Source: Bdellovibrionota bacterium (GTDB lineage: Bacteria; Bdellovibrionota_C; UBA2361; JBGSMV01). Taken from it: a stretch of DNA of 51,411 bases. How positions within the stretch are numbered: position 1 is the stretch's first letter; every line of letters starts with the position of its first letter. A model generated the notes under the pieces. It saw only the letters and a program-made list of their open reading frames with translations. It did not search any database and was not told where the DNA came from. The translations under genes and the position numbers were made by a program. The stretch spans positions 1 through 51,411 of the forward strand of contig JBGSMV010000052.1 in NCBI GenBank assembly GCA_041739995.1. Reading direction: 5' to 3'. Shown one piece after another: positions 37,973 to 46,798 of the stretch.

Positions 37973-40477
37973 ATGACTGAAATTGTTCGTAAATCACCGG
38001 TGGTGAAGGGGGTAGTCGCCGACTACTTCAATATTGAAGCGCCGCTGCTCTCAACTCGATCTGGAGATCTTGGTCGGGCGGTAGATCGATCGAGGGAAGA
38101 GCCAGTTCTGCTTTGGGTGATGCGGCATAGCCTCTCTCTGCAAACTGACGCCGCTGATCGGTTTCTTTCTCGCCTTCAAAATCTTCAGGGAGTCTCCCCC
38201 ATCGGGCAGATGTTGTTGAATTTCGCCGTGGATAGCACTGGAGTGGGTTTTGCTTCTCTCAAGCCGCTCGATGGAGGCCCGCTAGAGTCCGGAATCAAAG
38301 GGGAAAGTCCTAGCCGCGCAGGGTTGGCTGAGGGAGAGCGCCGTTTCGTCGGTGCCGTACGCCTGATTGAATCTATCCATCAAGCAGGGCAAATCTGCGG
38401 CGATATCGCTCCCGGCTCATTCTGGGTGGACCGAGCGGGTGAGCTTGTGTTTATTGGCGTGCTCGGGGCTTTTGATAGTGATGCGCAGGCTACCTCGATT
38501 CTTCCTTCTCCTGACGTTGCACAGTTTCTTGCGCCTGAGCAGGTTACCGGCGGACTTTCTCCTGCAAGCGATGTGTTTGCGTTGGGCGTTCTTGGGTATT
38601 TTCTTCTGTCCGGAATGTTTCCATTTGGATGGCAGGCGTCGAATGTGGCTGAGGGAGAGACCGCTGGAGGTCTTGGTTTCCAGCCATTGTCAGAGGTAGT
38701 CGCAGGCGCGCCTTTATGGGCAGATGAAGTGATGGCGCGTTGCCTCGATCCTGATCCAGCCGCTCGTTTCTCCACAGCGGGGGAAATGTTGAAGGGAATT
38801 GCGGAGGCGCGTCAGAAAGCTTTCTCTCAAGCGGGCCTCCCGGTTCGCAAGTCAGGGCAGCTTACTGCTTCTCGCAGTGGCTCGGCCGCCAATGTGACTA
38901 CAAGTCGATCCGTTGGGCCTCGTTCTGGCACGGAAAATTCTCAATCCGGCGCGCCTTCGGCAAATGAGGACGGCAAGCCCTCTAGTTTATTCGCCAGATT
39001 GCGACTTCCTATCTCGGTTGTGGCGGTCTTTGTCATGTCAGCAATCGTTGGTGCTCAGCTTACCTCGCGAGGGGCGGGTTCTTCGTCCGAATCTTCGCCG
39101 GACGCTGGGCAGCATAAGGAAGTGCTCACCGATAACGCTCCGATGCAGCGTGCTTTGGACGCGGTGGGGAGTAGCGAAGCTGAACTTAGTGATGCCGCGG
39201 CCCGTTTCGATTTGCTGGTATCTTCTGACGATCCGCTTGCGCATGTGGTGCTAGTCAAGAGCGCCGTCGAAGCCCGGTCGCCACAGCTTAGGAATCTTGC
39301 GGAGCGTTCTCTCATTCAGCGAGTTCGAAGACTTGGTATGCTGCGCAGCGCGGAGCAGCTCAATCAGTGGTTACGGACCATCGCTTCGGGCGCGACTCCT
39401 GCGGCGTATGAACCATTGCTTAAGGCGCTAAACGCCACTTTGCCGCTTGATGCTCGCACTGCCGAACTTCGTCGTGCCTACATCGCAGACGCGCGAGTGA
39501 CACTCAGAATGGCGGCTTCAATTGCCTTGGATTCTCAGGACATGAACGAATACCAGGAGTTGCTGTCTCAGCTGGTGGGAGATTCGCTTGGACTGGAGGA
39601 CGCCGCTTCGCATGCACCGCTCGCCCTAATTATGGGACACCCTGAGCTCGCTCTGATCTTTGGGGATGATGTTGTTCAGCGGCGCTCAGAGTTGTCTGAC
39701 GCTGACGTACTTTGGCTTTTGGGGGTGCTTGGGACCCGTAATGATTACAATGTCCGCGCGTTTGCAAGTTTGGCAGTAGAGCGTGGTGTCCTTGCGCCGC
39801 TTCGACAGGAATACCTTGAGTTGGTACGAGATCGACAAGACGTACCTCCTGAGGTTTTGAATGCTCTGGTGAAAGGGGCAGCCGGATCTATCAGCGCTGA
39901 AGATATTGGTGCAATTGGAAGGTGGTTCGATAAAGATGTCGAGCGCATTTTGCTGGTTGTGTGCGCAGATGTAGCCGACGAGAACTTAAAGATCGAGGCT
40001 TTTGATACTCTGGCGGGCAAGACGATGACGATTCAGCCAAGTGCGATGCTGGTCGACTGGGTACGTCGCAATGCCTGGGAAAATCGCGCGCAATTTGTGC
40101 GGTCAATTGGGGTCCTTGGAAATCTCAACAGAGTGCCTCAGGAAGAGGCAAAAGAAGCGTTTCGTGCGTTCGAGCCGCTGCTTAAAGATTCGCGCGTAAT
40201 TAACGCAATGCTCGATACAAAAGACCCATTCATTACTAAGCTCATTCTTGAGCGTTACTCGAGTTCTCTCGGACTTGGTGCACTTCTGTCTATGCTTCGA
40301 AATGATGATCCAAGTGTTCGCATATTGGCGCTACAGTCTCTAAAGAACTTCAATGACGTTGGGGCGTTGAAACTCCTGCTTGATAGCTACGAGAAGGAGA
40401 AGGACGAGTCGGTAAGGAAAGTATATCGAGACAATTTCTGGATGATTCGAGAACGCGAAGCAAAGAATGCCAATTAG
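37973..40477 (+). CDS. Membrane pseudokinase: degenerate Ser/Thr kinase domain, TM, large helical (HEAT-like) extracytoplasmic domain
   Basis: FLAPEQ, SDVFALG, G..PF and CL..DP..RF retained. ICGDIAPGS replaces HRDLKPEN; no DFG or VAIK. TM at ISVVAVFVMSAIVGA. Confidence 0.8.
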   Translation: MTEIVRKSPVVKGVVADYFNIEAPLLSTRSGDLGRAVDRSREEPVLLWVMRHSLSLQTDAADRFLSRLQNLQGVSPIGQMLLNFAVDSTGVGFASLKPLDGGPLESGIKGESPSRAGLAEGERRFVGAVRLIESIHQAGQICGDIAPGSFWVDRAGELVFIGVLGAFDSDAQATSILPSPDVAQFLAPEQVTGGLSPASDVFALGVLGYFLLSGMFPFGWQASNVAEGETAGGLGFQPLSEVVAGAPLWADEVMARCLDPDPAARFSTAGEMLKGIAEARQKAFSQAGLPVRKSGQLTASRSGSAANVTTSRSVGPRSGTENSQSGAPSANEDGKPSSLFARLRLPISVVAVFVMSAIVGAQLTSRGAGSSSESSPDAGQHKEVLTDNAPMQRALDAVGSSEAELSDAAARFDLLVSSDDPLAHVVLVKSAVEARSPQLRNLAERSLIQRVRRLGMLRSAEQLNQWLRTIASGATPAAYEPLLKALNATLPLDARTAELRRAYIADARVTLRMAASIALDSQDMNEYQELLSQLVGDSLGLEDAASHAPLALIMGHPELALIFGDDVVQRRSELSDADVLWLLGVLGTRNDYNVRAFASLAVERGVLAPLRQEYLELVRDRQDVPPEVLNALVKGAAGSISAEDIGAIGRWFDKDVERILLVVCADVADENLKIEAFDTLAGKTMTIQPSAMLVDWVRRNAWENRAQFVRSIGVLGNLNRVPQEEAKEAFRAFEPLLKDSRVINAMLDTKDPFITKLILERYSSSLGLGALLSMLRNDDPSVRILALQSLKNFNDVGALKLLLDSYEKEKDESVRKVYRDNFWMIREREAKNAN

Positions 40478-40556
40478 TAGCGCCAACTAGTAATGTCGAA
40501 GAGTGAGCTCCCCACAGAAATCACCAACTGAAATCTATTTTTATATTTGGATTCTT

Positions 40557-41060
40557 ATGAAGAATTTAGTTCTCGCATTAGTCATCATTTTCCCCCTGTG
40601 CCTGATGGGTTGCTCCTCAGGAGTCAGCAGTGGCGCCTTAGTGGGGCGACCTGCGCCTTCCTATACTCCGTTCTTTATGGTCGGTGAAGACGCCTTGGTG
40701 CTTGAGCATCTGCGCGGGAAGAATGTGATTGTGCTGTTCTGGGCAAGCACGTGCGCGAAATCTCATACGGTAATTGAGGAGCTCAACTCTTACGTAAAGG
40801 CGCATCGTAAAGATCGTAATCTAGAAGCCATTGCGGTGAGTATCGATAAGAATGAGAACTTTGAGCGAGTCGAGCGCAAGATCGGAATTGGAAAGGTTGG
40901 AGAGTTGCGACACTCGTTTTCAGGAAATGATGACTATGATCAGGCCAAGGTTGCTTTCGAAGTGGACATTCTGCCAAGCCTCTTCGTGATAAACGAGGCA
41001 GGCACCGTAATCGCCTCTGGTACCGACATGGATACGGTGCGAGAGGCCCTCGGAAGCTAG
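40557..41060 (+). CDS. TlpA/ResA-like thioredoxin-fold lipoprotein with CxxS
   Basis: Lipobox LMGC; RGKNVIVLFWASTCAKS, AVSID, ILPSLFVINEAG. Confidence 0.8.
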   Translation: MKNLVLALVIIFPLCLMGCSSGVSSGALVGRPAPSYTPFFMVGEDALVLEHLRGKNVIVLFWASTCAKSHTVIEELNSYVKAHRKDRNLEAIAVSIDKNENFERVERKIGIGKVGELRHSFSGNDDYDQAKVAFEVDILPSLFVINEAGTVIASGTDMDTVREALGS

Positions 41061-41091
41061 CGTTCTGAGCGAGAAGTTCATTCGGGTATTC

Positions 41092-41167
41092 TTCTCGTTG
41101 TTCTCGCCGCACTCTTTGTGTAATTCATTAAAGATTTTCACAAAGAGATCAGAGAGCGCAGCGGGAA
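41092..41167 (+). repeat. Palindromic intergenic repeat family A, copy 3
   Basis: TTCTCGTTGTTCTCGCCGCACTCTTTGTG-TAATTCATTAAAGATTTT-CACAAAGAGATCAGAGAGCGCAGCGGGAA; between convergent genes. Confidence 0.9.
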
Positions 41168-41242
41168 TCGCTCATCGAACGTCTCATTCAGGACATTAGA
41201 GAGGTTAGGACCGCCGGCTTGAGATTGATAGTGAAGTGATCC

Positions 41243-43471
41243 TTAAGGAACGCCCGCAAAACGTAATAGAGTCGCAATCCGTTGAGCTGCGTAAAGACCT
41301 TCGTCTACATGCGACGTAGCACCTGAGTGAGTACCACCCGGAACGAGCTGCAGGAGTACTAGTCTTTTATCGGAAGAGATTCTTTTCTCCTCGGAAACCC
41401 ACCGCAGTATGTCAGGGACGGACACCGCTTCGTCCGCAGTTCCTATGCTTACCAGCAACTGAGGCAATCGACTGGAGTAAGCTCGTGCGTCCCGATCCTT
41501 TTCGAGGATGTTGGCATGCGTGAGAGAACTCCAGAAGGCGCGTACTTCTGGAATGTTGGGGTTCCCCCATTCAAAATACTCTCGGACCGTTGAGGGACGA
41601 GAATATTCATCAAGAGTGGAGAGCACGTCGAGGAAAGGGGCTTCTAGGACCATCCCACTGAGCAGAGGTCGGGAGTTTGGGTCCTGTTCCAACTCCAAAG
41701 AAAGTAGGGCGCTCACTGCCCCCGCGCTTCTGGTGTACAGCACGGATTCCTTCCTAAAGAGTTCATACAGCCGCGCTGCTACGGCCGAGAGGTCTTCTGC
41801 TCCGCGTGTGCGGTTCGTACCCACTGCAGCGTGGTGCCAGCTTTGCCCGAATTCTCCACCACCTCGAATATGCCCAAACGCCACAGTGGCGCCAGAATCC
41901 AAAAGTGTAGCAATTTCAGGACGAAACTCAGGGTCGAGGGAAACGCCGTAAGCGCCGTAGTTGATCAGGATAGGTGCTGAAGGTTTGACTTCACCCGATC
42001 GACCGAGAATGGAAATAGGCACTCGGGTGCCGTCCATGCTTACCGCTTCCTCTCGGCGGTAAGTATAGGAGGGGGGAATTGCGACCGGCAGCGAACACTC
42101 TATCCGGGCGCGGAGCACAGAAAGAGTGCATATCTGACTTCGTTCAAATGGAGTTCCGACTCGTACTCGAGCCTGCGGAGATTCAAAATCTTGTACGGGC
42201 GCAAAGGACAGATTAGTTGCCCCAGAGGGGGTGTCAGTCATCTGTAGATCGCCGGTTCTCGTGAGCACTGCAAATCGTGGCAGTCCCTTATCTCGAACGA
42301 GCAAAGCGATAAAGGAGTGGAAGCCAAGAGCCTCAACAACCGGGGTATCCGCTGCAATTTTGATTGCGGAGGTCTTTCCGAAGTTGATTGGGGTGCTATC
42401 AGAAGGGTTTGGCAGTGCGCGAAATTCCGTCGCGCCTGAAGGTAGGGACGATTGCAGGAACCAGGAATTAAATGCACGCAGCGCCTTCACTCGAGTCCCC
42501 TGGGTACGTGCGCTTAACGGTCGTAGTGACGAGTCAGCTATATTTCTATCAAGCATCCAAACTTCAGTGGAATCTAGGCTGTGCGCGAGAATGATGAGCG
42601 ATTGACCATCGCCTGAGGTAGTAAGAGAAAGAGAGAATGCCGGGTCACTTTCTTCGAGCAGTACTTTCTCAGGTTGCGTTGAGTCGATGGGAATTCTTAC
42701 AACCCGCAATGCGCGACCGTTCTCATACTCAGTGACAAAAATGCTGCTGCAGTCGTTGTTCCACGCAGCGCTACTTATCTGCTCCGTTTCTTCACACGTG
42801 ATAGGCGGGGTGACTTTTCCGGTTCGGGGATCTTGCGGAGGTTGAGGTGTGCGTAGGCAACGAACCTTAAGTGGTCCTACGGTGCCGAAGAGCGCGACCC
42901 GACCGTCGAGCGGGCACACCGCGAAGTGCTCAAGGAGTAGGGGGTAGCCGTCCCTTCCAAAATCAGGACTGTAGACAAGCTGAGCGGGTTCTCCTTGTCT
43001 GCTGCGCCAAAGTTCCGATTGTGCCGCCCCCAGCGCGGAGCGCTCAGAGTATTGGTAATCGCCAAGGACGAAGGGATCGCGGGGCGCGGATACGGCAGTT
43101 GCGAGGTGTGAATGGTAGGCCTTTCGAAGTGATCGGATGCGATCTAGGTCGGTCTCGAACCAACGCTCAGCATCATGCGCAGCTTCTCGAATTCGACGTC
43201 GATCGCCAATGCTCAGCTCACCAGAGCGCAAATTGTTGCGCAAATCGTTTGTGGCAGGAAGTTCCCGGGAGCTATCTTGAACCGCGCTTTCATGCGGAGT
43301 TTGATTGTGTTGATTGGGATTGGCGTCGTGAAGCTGAGTGGAACACGCGCTAACAAGGAACGTGAGCAGCAACCCAACGATTGGTGTGATGAGCGCTCGT
43401 TTGTTTGTCTGGAATTGCCTCGATGGGCACTGGTCTATTGGGGAATGGAATTTCAGGGGAAAGGATTTCAC
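41243..43471 (-). CDS. S9A family (oligopeptidase B-like) serine peptidase, predicted lipoprotein; start uncertain
   Basis: DGTRVPISI, YGAYG, HIRGGGEFG..W, TRSAG (Ser), PFLDV, EYFEWGNP, ADEAV (Asp), GTHSG (His); lipobox VSAC. Confidence 0.85.
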   Translation of the reverse strand: MKSFPLKFHSPIDQCPSRQFQTNKRALITPIVGLLLTFLVSACSTQLHDANPNQHNQTPHESAVQDSSRELPATNDLRNNLRSGELSIGDRRRIREAAHDAERWFETDLDRIRSLRKAYHSHLATAVSAPRDPFVLGDYQYSERSALGAAQSELWRSRQGEPAQLVYSPDFGRDGYPLLLEHFAVCPLDGRVALFGTVGPLKVRCLRTPQPPQDPRTGKVTPPITCEETEQISSAAWNNDCSSIFVTEYENGRALRVVRIPIDSTQPEKVLLEESDPAFSLSLTTSGDGQSLIILAHSLDSTEVWMLDRNIADSSLRPLSARTQGTRVKALRAFNSWFLQSSLPSGATEFRALPNPSDSTPINFGKTSAIKIAADTPVVEALGFHSFIALLVRDKGLPRFAVLTRTGDLQMTDTPSGATNLSFAPVQDFESPQARVRVGTPFERSQICTLSVLRARIECSLPVAIPPSYTYRREEAVSMDGTRVPISILGRSGEVKPSAPILINYGAYGVSLDPEFRPEIATLLDSGATVAFGHIRGGGEFGQSWHHAAVGTNRTRGAEDLSAVAARLYELFRKESVLYTRSAGAVSALLSLELEQDPNSRPLLSGMVLEAPFLDVLSTLDEYSRPSTVREYFEWGNPNIPEVRAFWSSLTHANILEKDRDARAYSSRLPQLLVSIGTADEAVSVPDILRWVSEEKRISSDKRLVLLQLVPGGTHSGATSHVDEGLYAAQRIATLLRFAGVP

Positions 43472-43565
43472 TGAGAGGCGCCCCTGTGAGCTCTCGGCGG
43501 CGAGATCTTTCGAAGCAGAATTAGAATTATTGCTGTGGCCACTATTGGGAAGATTAAAGAAAAAA

Positions 43566-43646
43566 TGCGGGAGGGGGGACTTGAACCCCCACGCCGTAAG
43601 GCACCAGATCCTAAATCTGGCGTGTCTGCCATTTCACCACCCCCGC
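43566..43646 (-). tRNA. tRNA-Leu (TAG)
   Basis: Reverse complement GCGGGGG-TGGTGAAATGGCAGACACG-CCAGA TT TAG GA TCTGG-long variable arm-GGGGGTTCAAGTCCCC-CCTCCCGCA; CCA not encoded. Confidence 0.95.
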
Positions 43647-43764
43647 ATGAGTACCCGTGCTGACTGCAAACTGCGCGACTTCAAACTAGACTGCGAAGCC
43701 AAAGACAAGACCGTGAAGCCAAGGCGAGGTCGCGCCGAATTAAATGCCATCAATGGTCGGGTGC

Positions 43765-43793
43765 TTGACATTAGGCAGGGCGCCTCGAATAAT
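43765..43793 (+). promoter_or_regulatory. Candidate sigma70 promoter facing tig
   Basis: TTGACA-N17-AATAAT. Confidence 0.5.
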
Positions 43794-44174
43794 CAAGTGC
43801 TTTCAGCTATTAAGGGCATTGTCCGCGGTAATGAAATATTGTGTCACGACAATACAAGAGGCCGCGAACCGTGCTATTTAATCCCGGAATGGCGCGCATT
43901 TCAGATCGGTCTGTGGGCTATGTTTCACTTCCGAATCTGCTTGGCGAATCTGCTTGGCGAACCGAATGGCTGACTGATTGGGCCCTTTGGACATTTCCGA
44001 GGCTCTTTTTTCACAGAGCGGGGCTCTCGAGAGTTTCTGAGGACGTTCGCGTAAGCGTTCGAAATTGAAACAAAAAGCTTTTACGAAGGGGATTTCGTAG
44101 GGCCGCAGGCTGAGGTCGCGGTGTCGATCTTAGCGAGCGCGAGCGGTGATGCCTTTGGGTCGTGACCGCGAAAG

Positions 44175-44216
44175 ATTAATGAATCGTACTATTAATGAAC
44201 CGTACTGATGAACCGT
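44175..44216. repeat. Imperfect 16-bp tandem duplication upstream of tig
   Basis: ATTAATGAA(T/C)CGTACT x2 plus partial GATGAACCGT. Confidence 0.8.
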
Positions 44217-44237
44217 GCGGGGTAGTGGAGCAAAAAC

Positions 44238-45554
44238 ATGGATTTTACCTCAAACATAGAAGACGTAGATTCGGTAACGAAGCTGATAACCGTTTCAATT
44301 CCATCGAAGAATGTTGAGCAAGAGCTCGCGAGCTCCCTTGATCGAGTCTCAAAGCAAGTAGCGATAAAGGGCTTTCGTCCCGGAAAGGCGCCAAAGGATC
44401 TCGTGCAAAAGATGCATGGGGATATGGTGCGTGGCCAAGTCGCAGAGAAGCTTATCGGCGACTCACTCCAAGGTATCGTCAAGCAGCATGAGATTGACGT
44501 TATTGGTTCTCCGCAAATTGAGGGAGGTTCGGTCGAATCAGGGAAATCTCTTGAGTTTAAGGCGAGGGTCTCCGTGTTTCCTAAGCCAGAGCTCAAGGAG
44601 TATGCCAAGTTCGAGTTAAAGGTCGGAAAGAAGACGCCCACTGACGAAGACCTCAATCAGGTGGTCGAGCGCATGCGGCATGCCAAAGCTTCGGTAAAAC
44701 CGCTGGCTTTTCGTGATGTTGCCGCTAAGGGCGACGTGGTCGAACTTGGATTAGTTACCGCGCTTGAAGGCGAACCCGAGGGACGACCAGAGCCAGTGTC
44801 TATTGCATTGGGTGAGGGTCAGCTCCCGGTGGAGCTTGAAGACGGCATCGTTGGGATGAAAGTGGGAGAGACCAAGGACATCAACTCGATAATTCCGCAG
44901 GGCCATCGCGACGCTAAATTGCGTGGCAAGAGTGCGCTGCATCGCGTCACCCTGAACGGCCTTTCCGAGAAAGTGCTGCCAGAAGTGGATGATGACTTTG
45001 CGAAATCTCTTGAATTGAGCGTCGAGACTCTTCTTGAGTTGCGCATGAAGATTAGAGAGTCCCTCGAGCAGGAGACTGAGCGTCAATCAAAGATTGATTC
45101 AGAAGCAGCTATGCTCGAGCAGTTGGTCGAACGTAATCCGTTTGAGGTTCCACAAGTGTTGATCGACGAGGAAATTAGGGTGCTCGTTGCTCGTTCGGGC
45201 CTCACGGATGCGGCTAAGGTAAGAGATCCAAATTTCCCTGTGCAGCTATTTCGCGAAGGCTTGACCGAGCCTGCGGCAAAGCGCGTGAAGACCGCAATCC
45301 TGGTGGACCGCATTGCTGAGCTTGAGAAGTTGAGCGTGAACGAAGAGGAGCTAAAAGCTCGTATCAGCGAGATCGCCAAAGAAAACCAGGTAGGAGAGGA
45401 CGAGGTCCGCAAGTTCCTGTCTCAAGAAGGGCGCATGGTGAACCTGATGCTCGAAATGAGACGCTCAAAGACCATCACGTTTCTCATGGAACGAGCGAAG
45501 GTTGAGTTCTTTGAGAAGCCTGCTGAGGAGAAGGGAGAAGTGGCTGGCGCTTGA
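44238..45554 (+). CDS. tig: Trigger factor
   Basis: GFRPGKAP ribosome-binding motif, FKBP-like domain, upstream of clpP. Confidence 0.95.
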   Translation: MDFTSNIEDVDSVTKLITVSIPSKNVEQELASSLDRVSKQVAIKGFRPGKAPKDLVQKMHGDMVRGQVAEKLIGDSLQGIVKQHEIDVIGSPQIEGGSVESGKSLEFKARVSVFPKPELKEYAKFELKVGKKTPTDEDLNQVVERMRHAKASVKPLAFRDVAAKGDVVELGLVTALEGEPEGRPEPVSIALGEGQLPVELEDGIVGMKVGETKDINSIIPQGHRDAKLRGKSALHRVTLNGLSEKVLPEVDDDFAKSLELSVETLLELRMKIRESLEQETERQSKIDSEAAMLEQLVERNPFEVPQVLIDEEIRVLVARSGLTDAAKVRDPNFPVQLFREGLTEPAAKRVKTAILVDRIAELEKLSVNEEELKARISEIAKENQVGEDEVRKFLSQEGRMVNLMLEMRRSKTITFLMERAKVEFFEKPAEEKGEVAGA

Positions 45555-45934
45555 GCACCGGTCAGTCATGCAGGAGAGCCGCCTGCATAAGAGCCGGCAT
45601 GCTTGCCTAGATTTGGGGGGTTAGAGCTGACTTTTATTCCTCCTTGAACCGCGCTTGGTGAGGCCAAGAATCTACGGGGGCGATGGAGGTGTGCTCGCCC
45701 CCATAATAGTTCTATTAATTCAAATAGTTGGTCGAATCTTTGCGCTCGAGTTAACTTCTCGATTGAGGATAGAATTGTCGCACATACTGCGCTTTCTTCC
45801 GTTGTGGACCTTGGCTTCGGACCGTTATTCTCGTGGTTCGCATTAGTGAGCAGTTTTGATGGTTAAGGGTTGCGAGGGAGAGAGCCTCGGATTCCTCAAG
45901 GCCGCGTTTCATTTGGGACTTGATAGGTAGGTAC

Positions 45935-46567
45935 ATGACTTATATTCCGTTCGTTATTGAGCAGACCGGGCGCGGAGAGCGTTCCTTCGACATTTTTTCT
46001 CGACTTCTTAAGGAACGCATCGTGTTTCTTGGGTCTGAGGTGAATGATGCTATCGCCAATCTGATTATTGCTCAGCTTCTTTTTCTTGAAAGCGACGATC
46101 CTGAAAAGGACATTTACCTCTACATAAACAGCCCCGGCGGAGTGGTCTCCGCTGGTTTAGCCATTTTCGACACTATGAACTACGTGCGCCCTGACGTGTG
46201 CACGGTATGTATCGGCCAAGCAGCCAGCATGGGCGCAGTGTTGCTCGCTGGTGGCGCGAAGGGAAAGCGCATGGCGCTCCCGCATGCGCGTATCATGATT
46301 CATCAACCACTTGGCGGTTTTCAAGGTCAGGCCTCCGATGTGGAAATTCATGCGCGCGAAATGCTGCGCATCAAGCAGGAAATAAATAGAATCCTAAGTA
46401 AGGCAACCGGAAAAGAACTCAAGGCGTTAGAGAAAGACAGCGACCGCGACTTCTTTATGACGGCAGCTGAGGCGAAAGAATACGGGGTGATTGACGAAGT
46501 GTATGAGCGTCGGGCAGCCGCTGGAGGCCCCGGACCGACAGGCAAGAAAGATACCAGCGACAAATAG
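45935..46567 (+). CDS. clpP: ATP-dependent Clp protease proteolytic subunit
   Basis: [31 protein letters not shown]. Confidence 0.97.
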   Translation: MTYIPFVIEQTGRGERSFDIFSRLLKERIVFLGSEVNDAIANLIIAQLLFLESDDPEKDIYLYINSPGGVVSAGLAIFDTMNYVRPDVCTVCIGQAASMGAVLLAGGAKGKRMALPHARIMIHQPLGGFQGQASDVEIHAREMLRIKQEINRILSKATGKELKALEKDSDRDFFMTAAEAKEYGVIDEVYERRAAAGGPGPTGKKDTSDK

Positions 46568-46607
46568 GGTCAAGAAAATAGAGGCGATAGACAGAGCGCA
46601 AGGGGGC

Positions 46608-46658
46608 ACAGTGGAGCCCTGTATAACAGTGGAGCCCTGTATATTGGAGCCCCGTATA
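46608..46658. repeat. 18-bp tandem duplication plus partial third unit
   Basis: ACAGTGGAGCCCTGTATA x2 then TTGGAGCCCCGTATA. Confidence 0.9.
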
Positions 46659-46798
46659 TTTGTTTTCGTAGTATCGGAATATCCGATAGAATGAAGGTAC
46701 GGCGCGAGAAGCGAAATTTCCCCTTAATGTGCGGATTTCGCGACTGAGGTAACAACGCTAGGATTCTAGAGAAGTCTGCGCCATAAGTAAGAGCAGCC

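Noticed and set aside
43338..43973. 211-aa ORF on the + strand
   Set aside because: It runs antisense across tRNA-Leu (CGRGDLNPH is translated tRNA) and overlaps the peptidase start.
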